Below are positions 48,901-62,689 of a DNA stretch of 64,000 nt, in pieces; position 1 is the stretch's first letter, and the number at the start of each line of letters is the position of its first letter. Source of the DNA: Tubulanus polymorphus (Eukaryota > Animalia > Nemertea). The stretch is taken from positions 6,038,231 to 6,102,230 of the forward strand of contig NC_134033.1 in assembly GCF_964204645.1 (NCBI RefSeq). The letters run 5' to 3'. A model generated the notes under the pieces. It was given only the letters and a program-made list of their open reading frames with translations, was not told the DNA's origin and searched no databases. The position numbers and the translations under genes are program-made.

Positions 48901-51900
48901 GTTTCTAATTTTTCAGTTGCGTCTCTGCCGACGTGATAGCGTTCGCTTCGAAATACACGTAAGTTTAATGAATCGGGGCATAATCGCTTTGAAAAATATT
49001 TGCAGTTGATTTTTAGGGCAGAGATTCCCAGCGTATTGGCTGTCATTTGATTGTCTCTGGCTTTAGAAACTTAAGGGGATCATTTATTTATTACGTACAC
49101 ATTAGGGGAGGGAGTAGGGGTAAGTGCCATTGCGTACTGTAATGCTTAATGTATATATATGGCCGATTTTGCGTACAGAGGGGGAGGGGGTTGGAAAAAT
49201 TTTATGCGTATGTAATAAATGAATGATCTCAATGCAGAAGTTTTACCCTTCACTCTTAGATAATTGTACAGACCCTGTACCAGATTGTGTTAGCTCATTT
49301 CTGACGATACATGTATGTGGTGATGCCTATATTCGAAATTTCCGAGATTTTGGTCGCTATTGGTAGTGAACAGATTGTTAACTCTTTCAGTGCTGACTAA
49401 TTGATACCGAAATGAAAAGTGCTAGAGATATATGAAAATTTTTGAAATTCCGTCCGTGTGTGTTGTATAACAGGCACATCACAGTGCATCTGCACTGCTG
49501 CGCGGTGTATTGTTAGTTACCCCGTACTAATATTTCAACATTTTCACCGGTGCTGTCATCATAGAGATAGTTTGAAAACTAATTACATCAATAGAGTGTA
49601 ATAGCAAAGTCCATCGCCAATTTATACACTGCAATGCGGTGTAGAAGCTCAAAAACCGTGGTGTATTTGACTGGTTACAAATGAACAGTGCCCATTATTA
49701 CGCGTAACAGTGAACCTCGCCTTACTCGAACAAATGGAGACCGTGGCAAAATCAGTCCAACGCAAAGAAAGTTCGAGTTTAGGATATAGGGAAATACGTA
49801 AGAAAGTCATAAAAATGATTTCGTTTTTGTCCAAGTTAGTTAAAAAGTTAGCGATGTCCAAGTACGGCAAGGTTTACTGTCCTACCCTAGGAAACATTTC
49901 AGACTTAAGTTTTTCATTCCTAGAACGTTCTCCTACGTCAAATGCCAACTTTTGAACTGGGTCCCGTACATGCATCATATCTTTTGATTAATTTAGAAAA
50001 AAAAGGATTTATAGAAATTGTTCATTTTTTTCAATCGACAGGTACATGGAATTCATCGATAAGTCGTCGGATTTGAACAATCTGTCGAACTATTCGAATT
50101 TGCTCGAGTGTTGCAAGCGAATCGGCTACGAGATTACGAAGGTCGTTTTCCGAGGTTATTTCGCTAGTAAGATGCTACAGGACATGCATGACAACGCGAT
50201 GAAAGAACGAACTAAACTCAAAATAATGGTCAGTATGGTCAAAAATGCAATTGCACTGATTGAAGTTGTCATAGGATATAAGTTGTCAAATTTATTAGCT
50301 ACAATTGTTTTCAGTTTAACCCACAAAACTGTGGAACTGAATTCAGGGTCAAATATAAAAGCTACACAACTGTAGAACTGGGATCGGAGTCAAATTAAAC
50401 CCACCCAACTGCGGAACTGAATTCACAGTCAAAATAAACCCGCGTTAACTGTGGAACTTGATTTAGGGTCAAATAAAACCCACACAACTGTGGAATTGGA
50501 TCCGGAGTCTAATCCTCTTATGTTGGTATTCGGTTAATTATTATGTTGTAGAGTGAAACAGTTGAACAGGAAGAGCATTTGACCGATATGAAATTAAAAA
50601 ATGAAACGGAAAGAGCAGAACAAGGTACATTTAGGACACTAAGCACTCTAGTTCAGTCGATAGCATCATAGTCAATTTCTATCACATGTACACTGTTCAA
50701 CCATACCGGTATATATCTTTCAGAACGTGCCATGGAAATTGATAAATTGACACATACACAAAAACTTGAGAAGTAAGTGAAGTACTTAGAGTATATTGTC
50801 GATATCAGGGTTTGAAAGATTTCCCCCTAATCTTTGGATTCATCCAGACATCAGTCAACCTACTGCCTGGATCCGTCCCTCAGTCATTCAATACATTATT
50901 CACCATTTGTCTTAAGTTTTAGTCATTTACACTTTACATATGTTCAGAACTTTCACACTTTAGAAAACTGATCGTTCACACATCACATGAATTCAAAACT
51001 TCGCCTGAGGCATTTCAAACAGAAAATGAACTACAAACACCAGACATAAGAAATTTTATCAGCACACATCCAAAAACTGATCACCACATGCCACTCACTC
51101 TTACAATAGTGATTGTGGAGAGTGGTTCGAGGTTGGAAGGACATGAGTGATGAAGTATAGTGTATCCCTCAACTTGAAACTTGTTTTTCGGATGTCGTAA
51201 TTTCAGGGATAAACATGAACATCATTTGCAGCTGGAAATGAAACGTCACTTGAACACGATTAAGGTCGTCGAACAAAAACGCCTGAATACAATTGAGGTA
51301 AATACGGTAAACCTAGTGGGGACCATGAAGTTAATATAGGCCTGTGTTATATTATTTTGAAAAATGGATGGAGTAATCGCGAAATTGATCGATTGAAAAT
51401 GAATTTTATGGTAGTTTGTGTCTTGCTGTGGCAGTTTAAGTTGATATCGATTCGATGTCAAATACGGAGTAAGAGTTTTTGAAATCCGATAAACTCTGTC
51501 CCTTACTGCCTGGAAATTCTACCCAAACGTTTTTAAATGCTGCTTAAGAGCCAGTAGCTAAGAGAAATACAGGAGTCACTGTCTCTTACTATGATTAAGT
51601 TCTTTTACGCCAAGTTGGTGTCGACAATAACTGATTTTTGAGAAATACTGTTGACTCCCTCCGGGTCTTTACTTCAAAGTCCCGGTCAAATGCTGAAAAT
51701 TAGTTTGCCAAACAATAGTCGACCCTAACGTTTTGAGTTCGGATCTAGTTATTGTAGTACTTATTTCGAACGGGATTCGCGCTTTGAAAATAATTCAAAT
51801 TGATATTCCGTTTTTCGTGCGATTTCTTTGCAGGCGAAAAGAAAAGAGAACGAACAGAAAATCGACGAATTGCGTAAATTGAAAGAAGTCGGCGTCGATT

Positions 51901-51998
51901 TGAACGAATATTTGTTGAATTTGAAGAAACGTCCCGATAAAATAACGCGAATCGTCGCGAATCCGAATGCAGGGAATATTCACTTTCATCATTCGTGA
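42983..51998 (+). CDS. Short major-vault-protein-like / SPFH (band 7) coiled-coil protein, at least 391 aa; first coding exon not located
   Basis: Twelve phase-consistent AG/GT exons: 42983-43036, 45407-45513, 46622-46795, 47531-47642, 48342-48425, 48526-48563, 48917-48958, 50042-50228, 50552-50624, 50724-50772, 51207-51297, 51834-51998. GP-containing repeats, IPDQF...VRTADDAL shoulder-like motif and long C-terminal helix. Confidence 0.85.
43172..45058. mobile_element. Old MITE (AAGCTGGGGGCACACGAGCG / CGCTTGTGTGCGCCTAGCTT) split by the nested Helentron-type repeats
   Basis: Imperfect 20-bp TIRs flank the 43265-44908 insertion. Confidence 0.5.
43265..44908 (+). mobile_element. Two head-to-tail partial copies of a non-autonomous Helentron (HINE)-like repeat with internal ~125-bp tandem units
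   Basis: Both end GTCCCTGGACCCCTAGTT-like (44262, 44908) and are highly similar to 62690-63701; internal GTCACCAGGGGGCGTTGAA units. Confidence 0.7.
47150..47194 (+). ncRNA. Hammerhead-like core (Penelope-derived) with a decayed inverted partner at 47101-47132
   Basis: CTGATGA-T-GGCTA-TTAGTCTG-TAGCC-GAAAC; helix I and III pairing is unclear. Confidence 0.4.
47672..47854. mobile_element. Tc1/mariner (pogo/Tigger-like) MITE
   Basis: TA-CAGTCAGCCCCCGATATAC...GTATATCGGGGGTTTACTG-TA. Confidence 0.8.
49075..49230. mobile_element. PIF/Harbinger-like MITE
   Basis: GGGGATCATTTATTTATTACGTA / TATGTAATAAATGAATGATCTC imperfect TIRs. Confidence 0.55.
50312..50512. repeat. ~40-bp minisatellite (AATTAAACCCACACAACTGTGGAACTGGATCCAGAGTC)
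   Basis: About five units; same family as 56445-56950. Confidence 0.8.
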
Positions 51999-53844
51999 AC
52001 ATTTTTCGCGAAATTTCTCCATGAAATATATTATGTATCTAATCATGACGAGTCTGGTTCCACCGCCCAGACTGGTGTCGACTTGTAGCTTGGACACTGC
52101 ACCTCCGTCATACCCGCAGACATTCTTCTAATTTTTGTATGCACATGAGTTCAGTACTTCACTTGAGACATTTTCAATTCATGATGAACTACAAACACCA
52201 GATATTAGACATTTTATCAGCAAACTTTCAAAAACTGCCCATCCACTCTTCATACATGCTTAGCACTTCGCCCGAGACATTTTTTTAATTGAAAATGAAC
52301 AAAATGAACCAAACATTAGACATTTGATCAGTGGTCTTCCGCAATTCTCCAAACAATGCAAGGAACATGTAGGGAATGTCTGAAGGTATAAGTTTCCAGA
52401 CTGCATGTTTTTATTGATATCAGGTACTTTTAATATCCTATACTAGTATGATGTTATAATGTAAAATGGTTTTAATCAAAATGGGTTGTAAAAAATATGT
52501 TTAGAAAAATCTTGTAAGAAAATTGTGCAATAATATTTCAAATTTATGGTAATGCGTGTACATTTTATTTTTACACATCCTAATTTTCATAGTGTAATTG
52601 TTGAATCATGTGATGTAAAACATCGTTAAAAATTGTTGATTATATGAGCTATTCTTGAATCCAGTGGAAATAAAAGTATACAGTCATTTGTATTGTTCAA
52701 CTGGGCATTGTTTTGTTTTGGCGACAGGCCCTCAATAATATTAATTATGATTTTGTTTGAAAATTATGTTTTTAAACACTTGCTCAAATATTAAGGCTGA
52801 CCACCCATCTCTTCCGATTTTTTTTTGTGGCCGATTTTTTACAGTACCGGTACCGGTATTTTAGCTTCAGCAGCCCTACATTGGGAGAGGTTTCCAAGAC
52901 TTCCAATATTCGGCCACCCTCTGATTGGTGACATCGAATTTTATTTAAATATTTTTTGATATTGTGAAAGATATATTTTTTTTTAATATGAAATAGTTTC
53001 CCTCCCCATGTACCCTATGAAATTTTGGACGTGGACCGTAAACAATGTACTATACTGTATGCCTGCCTATCTTTTGGCCTTAGGCTATCTGACTACAAAA
53101 TAATTATTTGAGAAAGATAAAATATAATATAAAGCTTAAGCTTATACAACTTTGAAGTCACAAATTGAAAAAGATTTTTTATAAACAATGTGTTTCTGCT
53201 CCAAACTGGCCGCAAGGTAAACACAGCCTATTTCGTGTTAGTGTTCCTCTTCTCCAAGAAAAGGTTGGAGATGGATTTTAGGACACACAGCGGAATATTT
53301 TATTAAGGGCACACCAACAAAGCAAGCGGGGAGGGGCATTGGTAGTTAATGGATCCTTGACACAATATCCTACGATTTTCACTGCTTTTGATCGTTCCCG
53401 ATAACGTTTACGGAAGATCTACAGCTGGTCCGATACTGTTCCCGAAACCATTAACCGTGAAATAGGGATACGGGTGGTGTGTGGAGCTACTCGCGGGAAT
53501 CTGGCGCGCGCTGTTGCAGCTCCGCAGAGTTCCAGATGATAAATGCTGAAGAGGATTGAAGAAAAAAGTGACTATTTCTGATTAAACTCTCTCCACTGGG
53601 CTTACAGGATAAAGGGTCAGTTACAGGGTCAGTTACAGATTCTAACAGCAGCAGCAGCAGTTTGATAAGTGATCCGTAGAATATTGCCCAGCGTCAGCGC
53701 GAGCGAGTTTGTTGAGATGATAGTGCCACACACAGTCTGTGTGACACAGCAGTATCAACATCATCGTGCCACTAAATTTGCTTTCACATCAATTTGCTAG
53801 TGCCTTTCGTGGATTTTTTGGCAAAATTTGCCCTTTTTCGGTTA

Positions 53845-54304
53845 CGAAGTGGATATTTAGCCGTATACGGCAAAGTATTTACTCCCGCTATTTTACCGCA
53901 CAGTATTAACTAAAACAGTAGCAATTAAATCAGTATATTGGGTTTAAGGATAGGGTTAGTGTTGAGTGGGTGAGAAGAGGGTCCAGAGGGTTCCGTTTTA
54001 CCCCTAGGGTAGGGATAGGATTCGGGTAAGGTGAAGTACTATACTATAGATAGTTAAACATTTTGATGATTTTCAGCGAGTTCGGTGGTCTAGTGGTATG
54101 ACGCTGTGCTAGTAATTTACTGGCCTGGGTTCGAGTCTCGCTCTATCCGCTCCATCTGACTCTCTGTGCCATCTGTTCTCCACATTTTTTTTAATTTACG
54201 AAGTCGCGCAGCTCTGTGCGCATGCAAATCAGCCAATCAGCGACGATGTACGGTAAAATAGCGGAAATAAATACTCAGCCGTATACGGTAAAATATCCAC
54301 TGCG
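53845..54304. mobile_element. MITE with ~55-bp imperfect TIRs, an internal tRNA-like segment and TAGGG repeats
   Basis: CGAAGTGGATATTT.../...AAATATCCACTGCG; A-box TGGTCTAGTGG and B-box GGTTCGAGTC at ~54085-54138. Confidence 0.7.
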
Positions 54305-56092
54305 TTTCGATTAAACTTATGGACCAACAATAATATATTTTGGAATGGTGCCCTTTTGAGCAAATGAGAGTGCCTTAGATTGCATTTTATGATTTTGGGG
54401 AATTTATTTGTATTCACATATTGCTTTAGGCCTATTACAGAATGGCAATTATTTCTTATGACTCACAAATTGTGTGCCCTCTTATTTACTTTGTTCCCAA
54501 AATCTTTCAAGGGCATTTGAAAGCTGCGACTACCGCACGTGCTGCATGTGCGACAGTCTGGATCCGCGCCTGTAATTGGCCTAGATTCAATTCCAATTGA
54601 CGTTCATTCTTTCATTCCATGTGTGTAATCCATCCACCAATAGCGCACAACGGGGGCTAGCCACGACTGCTGGGGCACAGCCATAGGCACTTGAATATGG
54701 GCTTTGTTTGATAATGGATAGATATTTATTTAATATTTCACCTGCGATATGTTTATTCCTACTTCGATAATCCGCCATGTTTTATAATGAGTAACGGAAA
54801 AACGAATCGAAATAGGCAATGGCCACAGCCGGAATTGCTAGGACATTTTGAAGTGATTGATTTCCATTGAAAAACAATGAGTTGATGTGGTTCCCAACTC
54901 AAGATCGCAATAGCCTGAGACTGCTTGAAAGAGCAAGTGCCATCAAAATAGAATATTGTGTAAAAGCTATTTTGAAATTTGATATAGGCCTAGGCCTATT
55001 CGCAAATGTCAAATATACTAAACACTGGTTTGAATTTTAGTTCAGCCATTACTGAGAAATCCGACTTATAAATCGGCAACTTCAGCACGTCCTCACTGTT
55101 ATTGTTTATGTTAGCATGTGCGCGTTTCTGACGTCATCTCTGACAAATGCTCACAGCTTCCAGTCATTTCACTAGACATATAGGCCTATGGTATTTTATC
55201 CGTTTGTGGAAGTTTTTAAAATGATAAAATCTTAACATAGTATAGTGTTGCTACTGTTATAAATGACAATTCAATTTAAAATATCTTTATTATTCCATAA
55301 CGCCTTACATTATTGGTTTTGCACAATAAAGATGAAAAAAGAGGTATAAAATATGAGAAATGACATGATAAACGTATATAAGTCTGTGAATGCAGTGAAG
55401 GAATGATCATCTTTCTAAATCAATGTTTATTTATTGTCAATTGTGCATAGGCGAACTAGTGCGCACACGTGCTTGTGTTGATTTTCAGATAATATCGTCA
55501 ATAGAGTCACTGCGGGCTGTATGCAAACTACACAACACCGAGTGAAAGATAAATAAATGACTAATTGACAGATTATTAGAGATTTTCGATCAGTTGAATC
55601 TCAGGTCATTAGGGCCTATAGGCCTATACTAAAGTTAAGTTTCATCTGGTTAGTTAGTACAATTTAGATGGCATTTGCTCTTTAAGTGGCAATTTCTATT
55701 TCATGAGTTCTTTATGCTCTTCAGCATGAGTTTTTTAATTAGTTTAATAAGTACCACTAATCCATGAAGTGTACGCATGCACTAGTTTGCCTTTGAGAAA
55801 ATTAGCCCCTGTTGTTCACTATAGAAAGGTAAATGTACATTCGACAATCTTAAAGTATCCAGTTCGCTGTTCAGTCTTCATGGAAGTTTGTTGTAATGAG
55901 GTTCTGCTGTTTTAGAACTATCAGAACATATCGCAAACAGATTTATCCCGTCCCGTGAAGTTTGTTGCGACAAGGTCCCTCTATAATCTTAGTACGTTTC
56001 GTTTCTTAAAGGGTTTGTGCTCGACTGTATTGTGGTGATCGACAAGAGAATTACGTATCGCCACATTCTGCGATTAGATACCCACCTGCGCG

Positions 56093-59000
56093 ATGCCTTG
56101 GGGCCGAAAACGCTGGGGCGGGTGGAAAAGCCGGCCACGGAAGCGCAGATGGTACGACGATGACGTCGGGCGTAGCGAATGGCGACGGATGCGCGATGAT
56201 TTATCGTCGGTGTTCCCGGGCGTGATTAACGCGCCAGGTCCAGCCCCGCCCGACCGCGAGGCGCTACGGCTTGTGATGGAGAGCGACTCCGATGACAACG
56301 AAGGCGTGGATGATTTCAACGGGGAAGAAGTGACGTACGGAACGGTTCGCGGTGACGTCGTCGGTAAACAGTTCTACTCGGGATCGGTGAGTTTACACAG
56401 ATTAAATATATTCCCTATGAACTGCGCTCGATCTCTTGACTCGTAATCGTGGAACTTGGTTCATAAACTAATTAAACCCACACAACTGTGGAACTAGGTT
56501 CTGAGTAAAGTTAAACCCGCATAACTGTGGAACTGGGTCCAGAGTCATAATTACCCGCACAAGTGTGGAAAGAGATCTCGGGTCGAATTAGACCTGCATG
56601 ACTGTGCATTGGGTCCAGAGTCAAATAACTGTGAATCTGGGTCCTGAGTCAAATAAAACTTACACAACTCTGAAACTGGGTCCAGAGTCGAATTAAACCC
56701 TCTCAATTGTTGAACTAGATCTTTGGTCAAATTTTACCACACAACTGTGGAACTGGATCCTGAGTCATAATTACCCACACAATTGTGGAATTAGATCTCA
56801 GGATGAATTACACCTGCATGACTGTGCATTTGGTCAAATTAAACCCACACAACTGTGAAACTGGGTTCAGAGTTAAATTAAACGCACTCAACTTTTGAAC
56901 TAGATCTTGGATCAAATCAAACCACACAACTGGATCCAGAGTCAAATTATTGAATTTAAACCAAGGACCAAACATCCAGGTATAAAACATGACCATTTTC
57001 AAAAGATTACTCGGAACTTACGCGGCCGAGCAACTGCGCTGCTCGGTTTACTGCTCGGACATTCTGCTCGGTTTTGATAAATTAGCCCCGCGCAATATGA
57101 GCTAATTTATCAAAATCTATATGGGCTAATTTATCAAAACCAAGCAGAATGTCCGAGCAGTAAACCGAGCAGCGCAGTTGCTCGGCCGCGTAAGTTCCGA
57201 GCAATCTTTTGAAAATGGGCATGTTTTATAGCTCCAACATCGGCAACTAATTTGTAAAACTTGACCGATGTGCCGGGTTTCATTTCTAGGTAAACACCGG
57301 TGAAATGGTCGCCTTGCAGCGCGAGCCTAACAACTTATATGATAAAAACGCAATACGAGTGACTAATGTAGATGGCGATCAAGTCGGACATATCAAGCGA
57401 CAGTTAGCCGTTCCATTAGCATTTATTATGGACAATGATTTATGTAGAATCGACGCGTAAGTTATTTTCGTGTTGTTACTCAGACAAGCTGCATAACCAC
57501 CGGCCAAGTGGACTAGTTCCATTGGTCTACTGGTTTGCGAGCTTATTTCCTACGTATGAGATCTGGTTTCGATTCCCAGTGAGTGCACGTAATTTCACTG
57601 CCACTTCTAGTATCATTACATTGGTAGAATACCCGATTTTGACCTCGGTAATCCCTCTCATCCTACATGGGCATCAGGACAGAAAATGAAGGGTTAAATA
57701 CATATTGATATATGCCTGGGGACAGCTGAAATTAGAGGCGAGGGCAGTGTTATGCATAGGCCATTCGCGTTGTATTGGTCTACTGGTTAGCACGCTTGCT
57801 TTCTACGTACAAGACCCGGGTTTGATGCCTGGTGAGTGCTCATAATTTGCTGGACTCACTTGCTAACATTACTATCCTGTTTGATGGCTACAATTAGGCA
57901 TGCAAAAGTACATCAGTAATTTCCACTTGAGGGTTCCAACTTGAAAATGAAGTCAATTTCAGCTCATTTTAAATGCCTTTAGGTAGCTTAGCGGGATAAG
58001 GCGTGATACCGTTTTATTCTCTATCAGTACCTAGTGACTGGCGGGTTCAAGTCCTGCTGGCTGCTGATAGTGTGTGGGCGACACTTCAAAGGTTGTGGTG
58101 CCGTTGTGAGGTTAAATGAACAATTCGACTGGGAAACCAAGACATATGTACGGAACCACCTATTATCGCTGCTTTGCATATACATCGTTATTTGATTGAA
58201 TATATTTCAGTACGATACCGAGTGGTTCTACGAACGTGTTTTCGATGCCGGTTCTGTTGACTTTTTGGGGTTCGTCGGAGAATCGCCAGAAAGTTGTCGA
58301 CAAACTGCGCTACTCCGGTTACTACATGACGGAAAGCGCGGCGAATGAGGCTTCGGCGAATAAGAATAAATATCAGTCTCAACCTTCGTCGTCGTCGTCG
58401 TATAGAACTGTGCTGACTACTGCTGAGGTGAGTAAGAAAAGTTGATCCTCACCTGAAAAAAATGAGATACCGGTGGCGTGTCTCTACTGTGGCTAGTGAA
58501 GATCCAATAGGTGTTGCTAGTGTGCAGTAGGACATAAAATTCTAAATACTTCTTGATGTCCCATTGTATACCTCTCATTCAGACGATGAGGATAAATAAA
58601 TTTTTAGAATTTTCATATTTCATTTCAAAGTTTAACTATGATAGCGATAGGGAATTCTACTTGTGGGAATTGAGGATCTGCCTGGTGTCGCTAGTGTGTA
58701 GTTGTAGGACATGAACTGCTGTGTCAATAGAGGATTTACCTTTTTGCAAGTAAGGATCCACCAGGTGTCGCTAATGTGCAGGTGCATCAACTACTGCGCC
58801 AATAGAGGATTCCACTTGTGGCAAGTGAGGATCCACCAGGTGTTACTAGTGTGCAGGACTTCTACTACTGCGGCAACAGAGGATTCCACTCTTCAGTCGA
58901 AGTTCAATCCACGGCCCAGTTCCACAGTTGGAAAATTCAATGAATTCGTTGTTTTTCAGATGAAGAATGAATTGGATAATTTGTTCGAGAATTTGAAAGA

Positions 59001-61857
59001 AGGCGACAAAACGACAGAATCAGAACCGTGCAAGGTAGGTTTAAAATCTTCAACGATGTCAACGATGCAAATTTTCTCTTATCATACAAATCGAATGTTA
59101 ATTTTGATCCAGGTAAAACAGTAGTTAAGAGTTGAAAATCCTGACCTATGTATCTATGTACAAAATTTACGGTAATACCGCTACAAGTTCAGTTGCAGAT
59201 TACAGAAAGTATTTGAGCATTTTGTGGTATGGATTATCTAGTGCGTTTCGGAAAATACAGGGCAATGTTTATACAGGGCAATATAATATACGTGGAAATA
59301 TATTCAATCACATACTGACAAAGCCTATAGCCGGTCTACTCGGGCTTCCCTGTGTCAAGTTCTGCTACATTTTAATTGAAAATGTAATCAACTTCATTGA
59401 TTTAATTAAGTACCAAACTTGGGGAGTAGAAAAGTGAATCTTCTTATTGGAGGTTCATATGGTAATGTTTTGATTTGAATAAAATCTTAGTTCAAAATTG
59501 ATTGAAAGTGACCAATTTTGAAGATATAAGTCTGAGTGGGTGCTCGTCAAGCCATCTGCCAGTGCTGAAGTTCCTCATGAACAATGAAAAGAATTTATGC
59601 TATCAGGAATTGAAAATAATTGTCGGATGACTGGTTCATCTTGTTTAAGTGATCAGAATTTTCTTACTCCCTCACACTCACCATACAGGCTATAGCTACG
59701 AAACTGTTCCCTCATCAGAAACAGGCATTACACTGGATGATCTCGAGAGAAAATCGCGACAATTTGCCGCCGTTTTGGGAGAAACAAAGCAACGGAGAAT
59801 ATTTCAATTCGTTAACGCACTATTCGACCAGACGCAAGCCGAAACCAGTTCGCGGCGGTAAGAAGACATTTCAAAACAATTTCATCGATCCATAGCAGTC
59901 CAGTCAGTACCGAGTTCCCTGATTGTCAACTCGGTTGAATATACACAACAGTGCCAACGCTACCGAGTTATCTGATTGTCAACACATATTTACAATCCCA
60001 AGGCTATGAATTAATTCCCTGATTTTCAACTCGGTGAAATATTTACAGCAGTCTCAACGCTAATGAGCTCCCTGATTTTCAACTCGGTGAAATATGAACT
60101 GTCCCATCACTACCAAGTTCCCTAATTCTCAACTCGGTGAAATATTTACAGCAGTCTCAACGCTACCAAGTTCCCTGATTATGACTCATGAAATTTCGCA
60201 ATAAAATACTTAATTAAAGTCTAAATGTATGTATATGTTTTCAGGTATTCTGGCCGATGATATGGGTCTCGGAAAAACACTTGAGGTCATTGCTTTAATT
60301 CTCAGTAACTTTATCAATGAGAAGCCTCTCGCCGTGCCCGTGGAAGGGTTCCTCCGACAATCTAGGGTAAGTCGTTGATAATTCATACGTAGATGACTGG
60401 TTCTTTGTTTATCCCTGCTCTGACACTTGTCTATAAGGCCAAAAATAGCGGTAGAGCTAAAGATAGAACTACTACAGGTTGTTTTAACTTGGCTTATAAT
60501 GTTTAAGAAAATGTATTTTTCATACCACATGATTTATGTTATTGCTGTAGTCAGCTCAACACGCTATATCAACTCCAATCATAATAATTAATAAGATTAG
60601 AGTTGATGAAAACAGATTCCTGTAATATGGATTCGGGATCCTGAAATTTTTAAGTTCAACGTTAATTAATAGAGCTAGTTCTGACAATGGTCGATTGAAT
60701 CTGGGTCGAGCCATCTGGCAGGATAGTACTACCTTAACCTCGACAAAAACAGAACTGCATTCACAGACACTACTATGAGGTAGTTTCAACTCTTTTAACA
60801 GCCCAACTACGTACCAAAAAATTTCAAAATAATCTCAGAGTATTTCTATTACATTTTGAGTTAAACTACTATTTTGTTGTCAAATTACACTCATGTTCGG
60901 TGAAAAATACTACAATTTGAGATATCATGTAGTCGGGGTCTGGAAATAACTGCATAGTCGAAAACTACTCCGCTTATCGATTACGTCAGTGTATCTATTT
61001 GACTCTAGGTGGCACGTGATATGCGCAGACGGATGTACCGCGCGTCCGGGCGTACGTTTTACAGTCCGCGTAAACGCGATCGTATGAGGGATAACACGTC
61101 TGCCTGTTTGAATCGTTTGAACAACGCCAGACGTAAATTATCCGACAACGAAGACAAACCGACGTCGGCGGTGCCGGGGGATGATTCCGTTACGGCTGCA
61201 GCGACGAGCGGAGTCTGCGCCTATGATTACGACGATTTGCCCGATATAACCGAAGACGGCGATACAGAGATTGATGATTCCTGTTCGACGACAGATGCCG
61301 ATTGTTCCGCTACCGGTGAGTTACGCTTGAATGTCTGGTGTTAAACGGTTCATTTCCAAGTGAAAATGTCTCCGGTCAAGTCTGTATCTTGATGCAGTAA
61401 AATCTCTTTATAATGCCAATGTTGGGACCAATAGAAGACATTATAATGAAATTGGAGTTATAAATCATGGTGTTTTCATTGAATTTCAGTTTAGATCGAG
61501 CAAATTTGTTCTCTGAAAAATATTTGCGTAAGCCAGCAATGACGTTATTACAGACATTGACTGTATGAATGTAGATACTCCTCGGAACGAGTTTGTTGAT
61601 AATTGAAATCGCTTTCGGACGATATTATTTCCAGATGTAGATGAAAACAGTGAAATTATTGATGATGATGATGATGACGGCGATGATGATGTAGTTATCG
61701 AAGATAATGACAAAACTCTCAGCGGCGAAGATGATATCATGAACGACGACGATGATGATGGAAACGTGTTAGTGCGGAAGGAAGATCCCACATTTGCGCC
61801 GTACGAGGCGATGAAAATCAACCCGTATAATTTACCGTCGCGATCACGATCTACAAG
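56093..61857 (+). CDS. HLTF: Helicase-like transcription factor (Rad5/HLTF family), 5' part; continues beyond the last exon identified
   Basis: Exons 56093-56386, 57290-57456, 58211-58427, 58960-59034, 59689-59857, 60245-60366, 61009-61315, 61635-61857. HIRAN motif EMVALQREPNNLYDKNAIRV...QVGHI; SNF2 motifs LFPHQKQALHWM, LPPFW and GGILADDMGLGKT. Confidence 0.93.
56445..56950. repeat. ~40-bp minisatellite in HLTF intron 1
   Basis: About a dozen degenerate ACAACTGTGGAACTGG units. Confidence 0.8.
56981..57230. mobile_element. 250-bp fold-back MITE with ~108-bp near-perfect TIRs
   Basis: TATAAAACATGACCATTTTCAAAAGATTACTCGGAACTTACGCGGCCGAG... mirrored at the right end. Confidence 0.85.
57510..58120 (+). 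repeat. Three decayed tRNA-derived (SINE-like) heads
   Basis: TGGTCTACTGG A-box-like and GGTTTCGATTCC/GGTTCAAGTCC B-box-like motifs; no intact cloverleaf seen. Confidence 0.45.
58645..58892. repeat. ~70-bp tandem repeat; related inverted units at ~45125-45330
   Basis: AGGATTCCACTTGTGGCAAGTGAGGATCCACCAGGTGTCGCTAGTG units. Confidence 0.7.
59905..60182. repeat. ~50-bp minisatellite in an HLTF intron
   Basis: TACCGAGTTCCCTGATTTTCAACTCGGTGAAATA units. Confidence 0.75.
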
Positions 61858-62689
61858 GTTCGATTTATGCATATCATATTCTGTGAAAGTCTGTTCTGGT
61901 TGACTCACTTGAACATAACGTTTATAAACCTTTCAGTAAATAACGACACGAGTAGTACTATATAGGTTAACTATTTATTTGACGCACGAGCTTTCGCTAC
62001 TAATGTAATATATAGAAGCTTCATCGAGGGACTTGTGTTGTTATTTATTCTAAACCCGATATATAAACCCATATATTTAACAATGTTTGACTGGTGCGGC
62101 CATTTTTTAATTGAGAACAAAATTTATGGCTAATTTCCTGGATACACCGCTGTACTAGCAAAATTTGTTATTGATTTACTTTACTTCGTTACTTAAAGAG
62201 TTAGCCGTGCATTTAAACTGTCTGATACTGGCCTGTTAGTTACTCCTTAACCCTGAATCACCCTGTAAATATAACATTCACCCTTTAGCAACTGAATTGC
62301 CCCAAAACTGCCCTGGTGATTAATCCCTAATCCGGATCACACTACAACGGCTTTCAGTAAGTAGATTCTACTCATTTCAAGAACTCAACTATTCCCAAAA
62401 ATATTGAAATACAGTTGACCTCGCATAAGCTGCCACGCTGTAACTCGGACACTCATCAAAGTCTTACAAATTTCAAAATCCCTTGATTTTATTTCTTCAT
62501 CAAATAATATAAAATTCTGTCTATAAGTCGTATAAACAGACAAGTCGCACACTCAAGAATGTGGTTCCATTTCTTTATTTTGCTGCAAATTTAATTGTAA
62601 AAGTCACAGCTGTCGAGTGTATCATACCGATATTCTGTGGTATGAATACAGACGACATGAAATAAATACCTGACAGTCAAGTAGTCCAT

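Noticed and set aside
54075-54145. Functional tRNA gene
   Set aside because: A and B boxes are present but no intact cloverleaf; embedded in a MITE. The same applies to 57510-58120.
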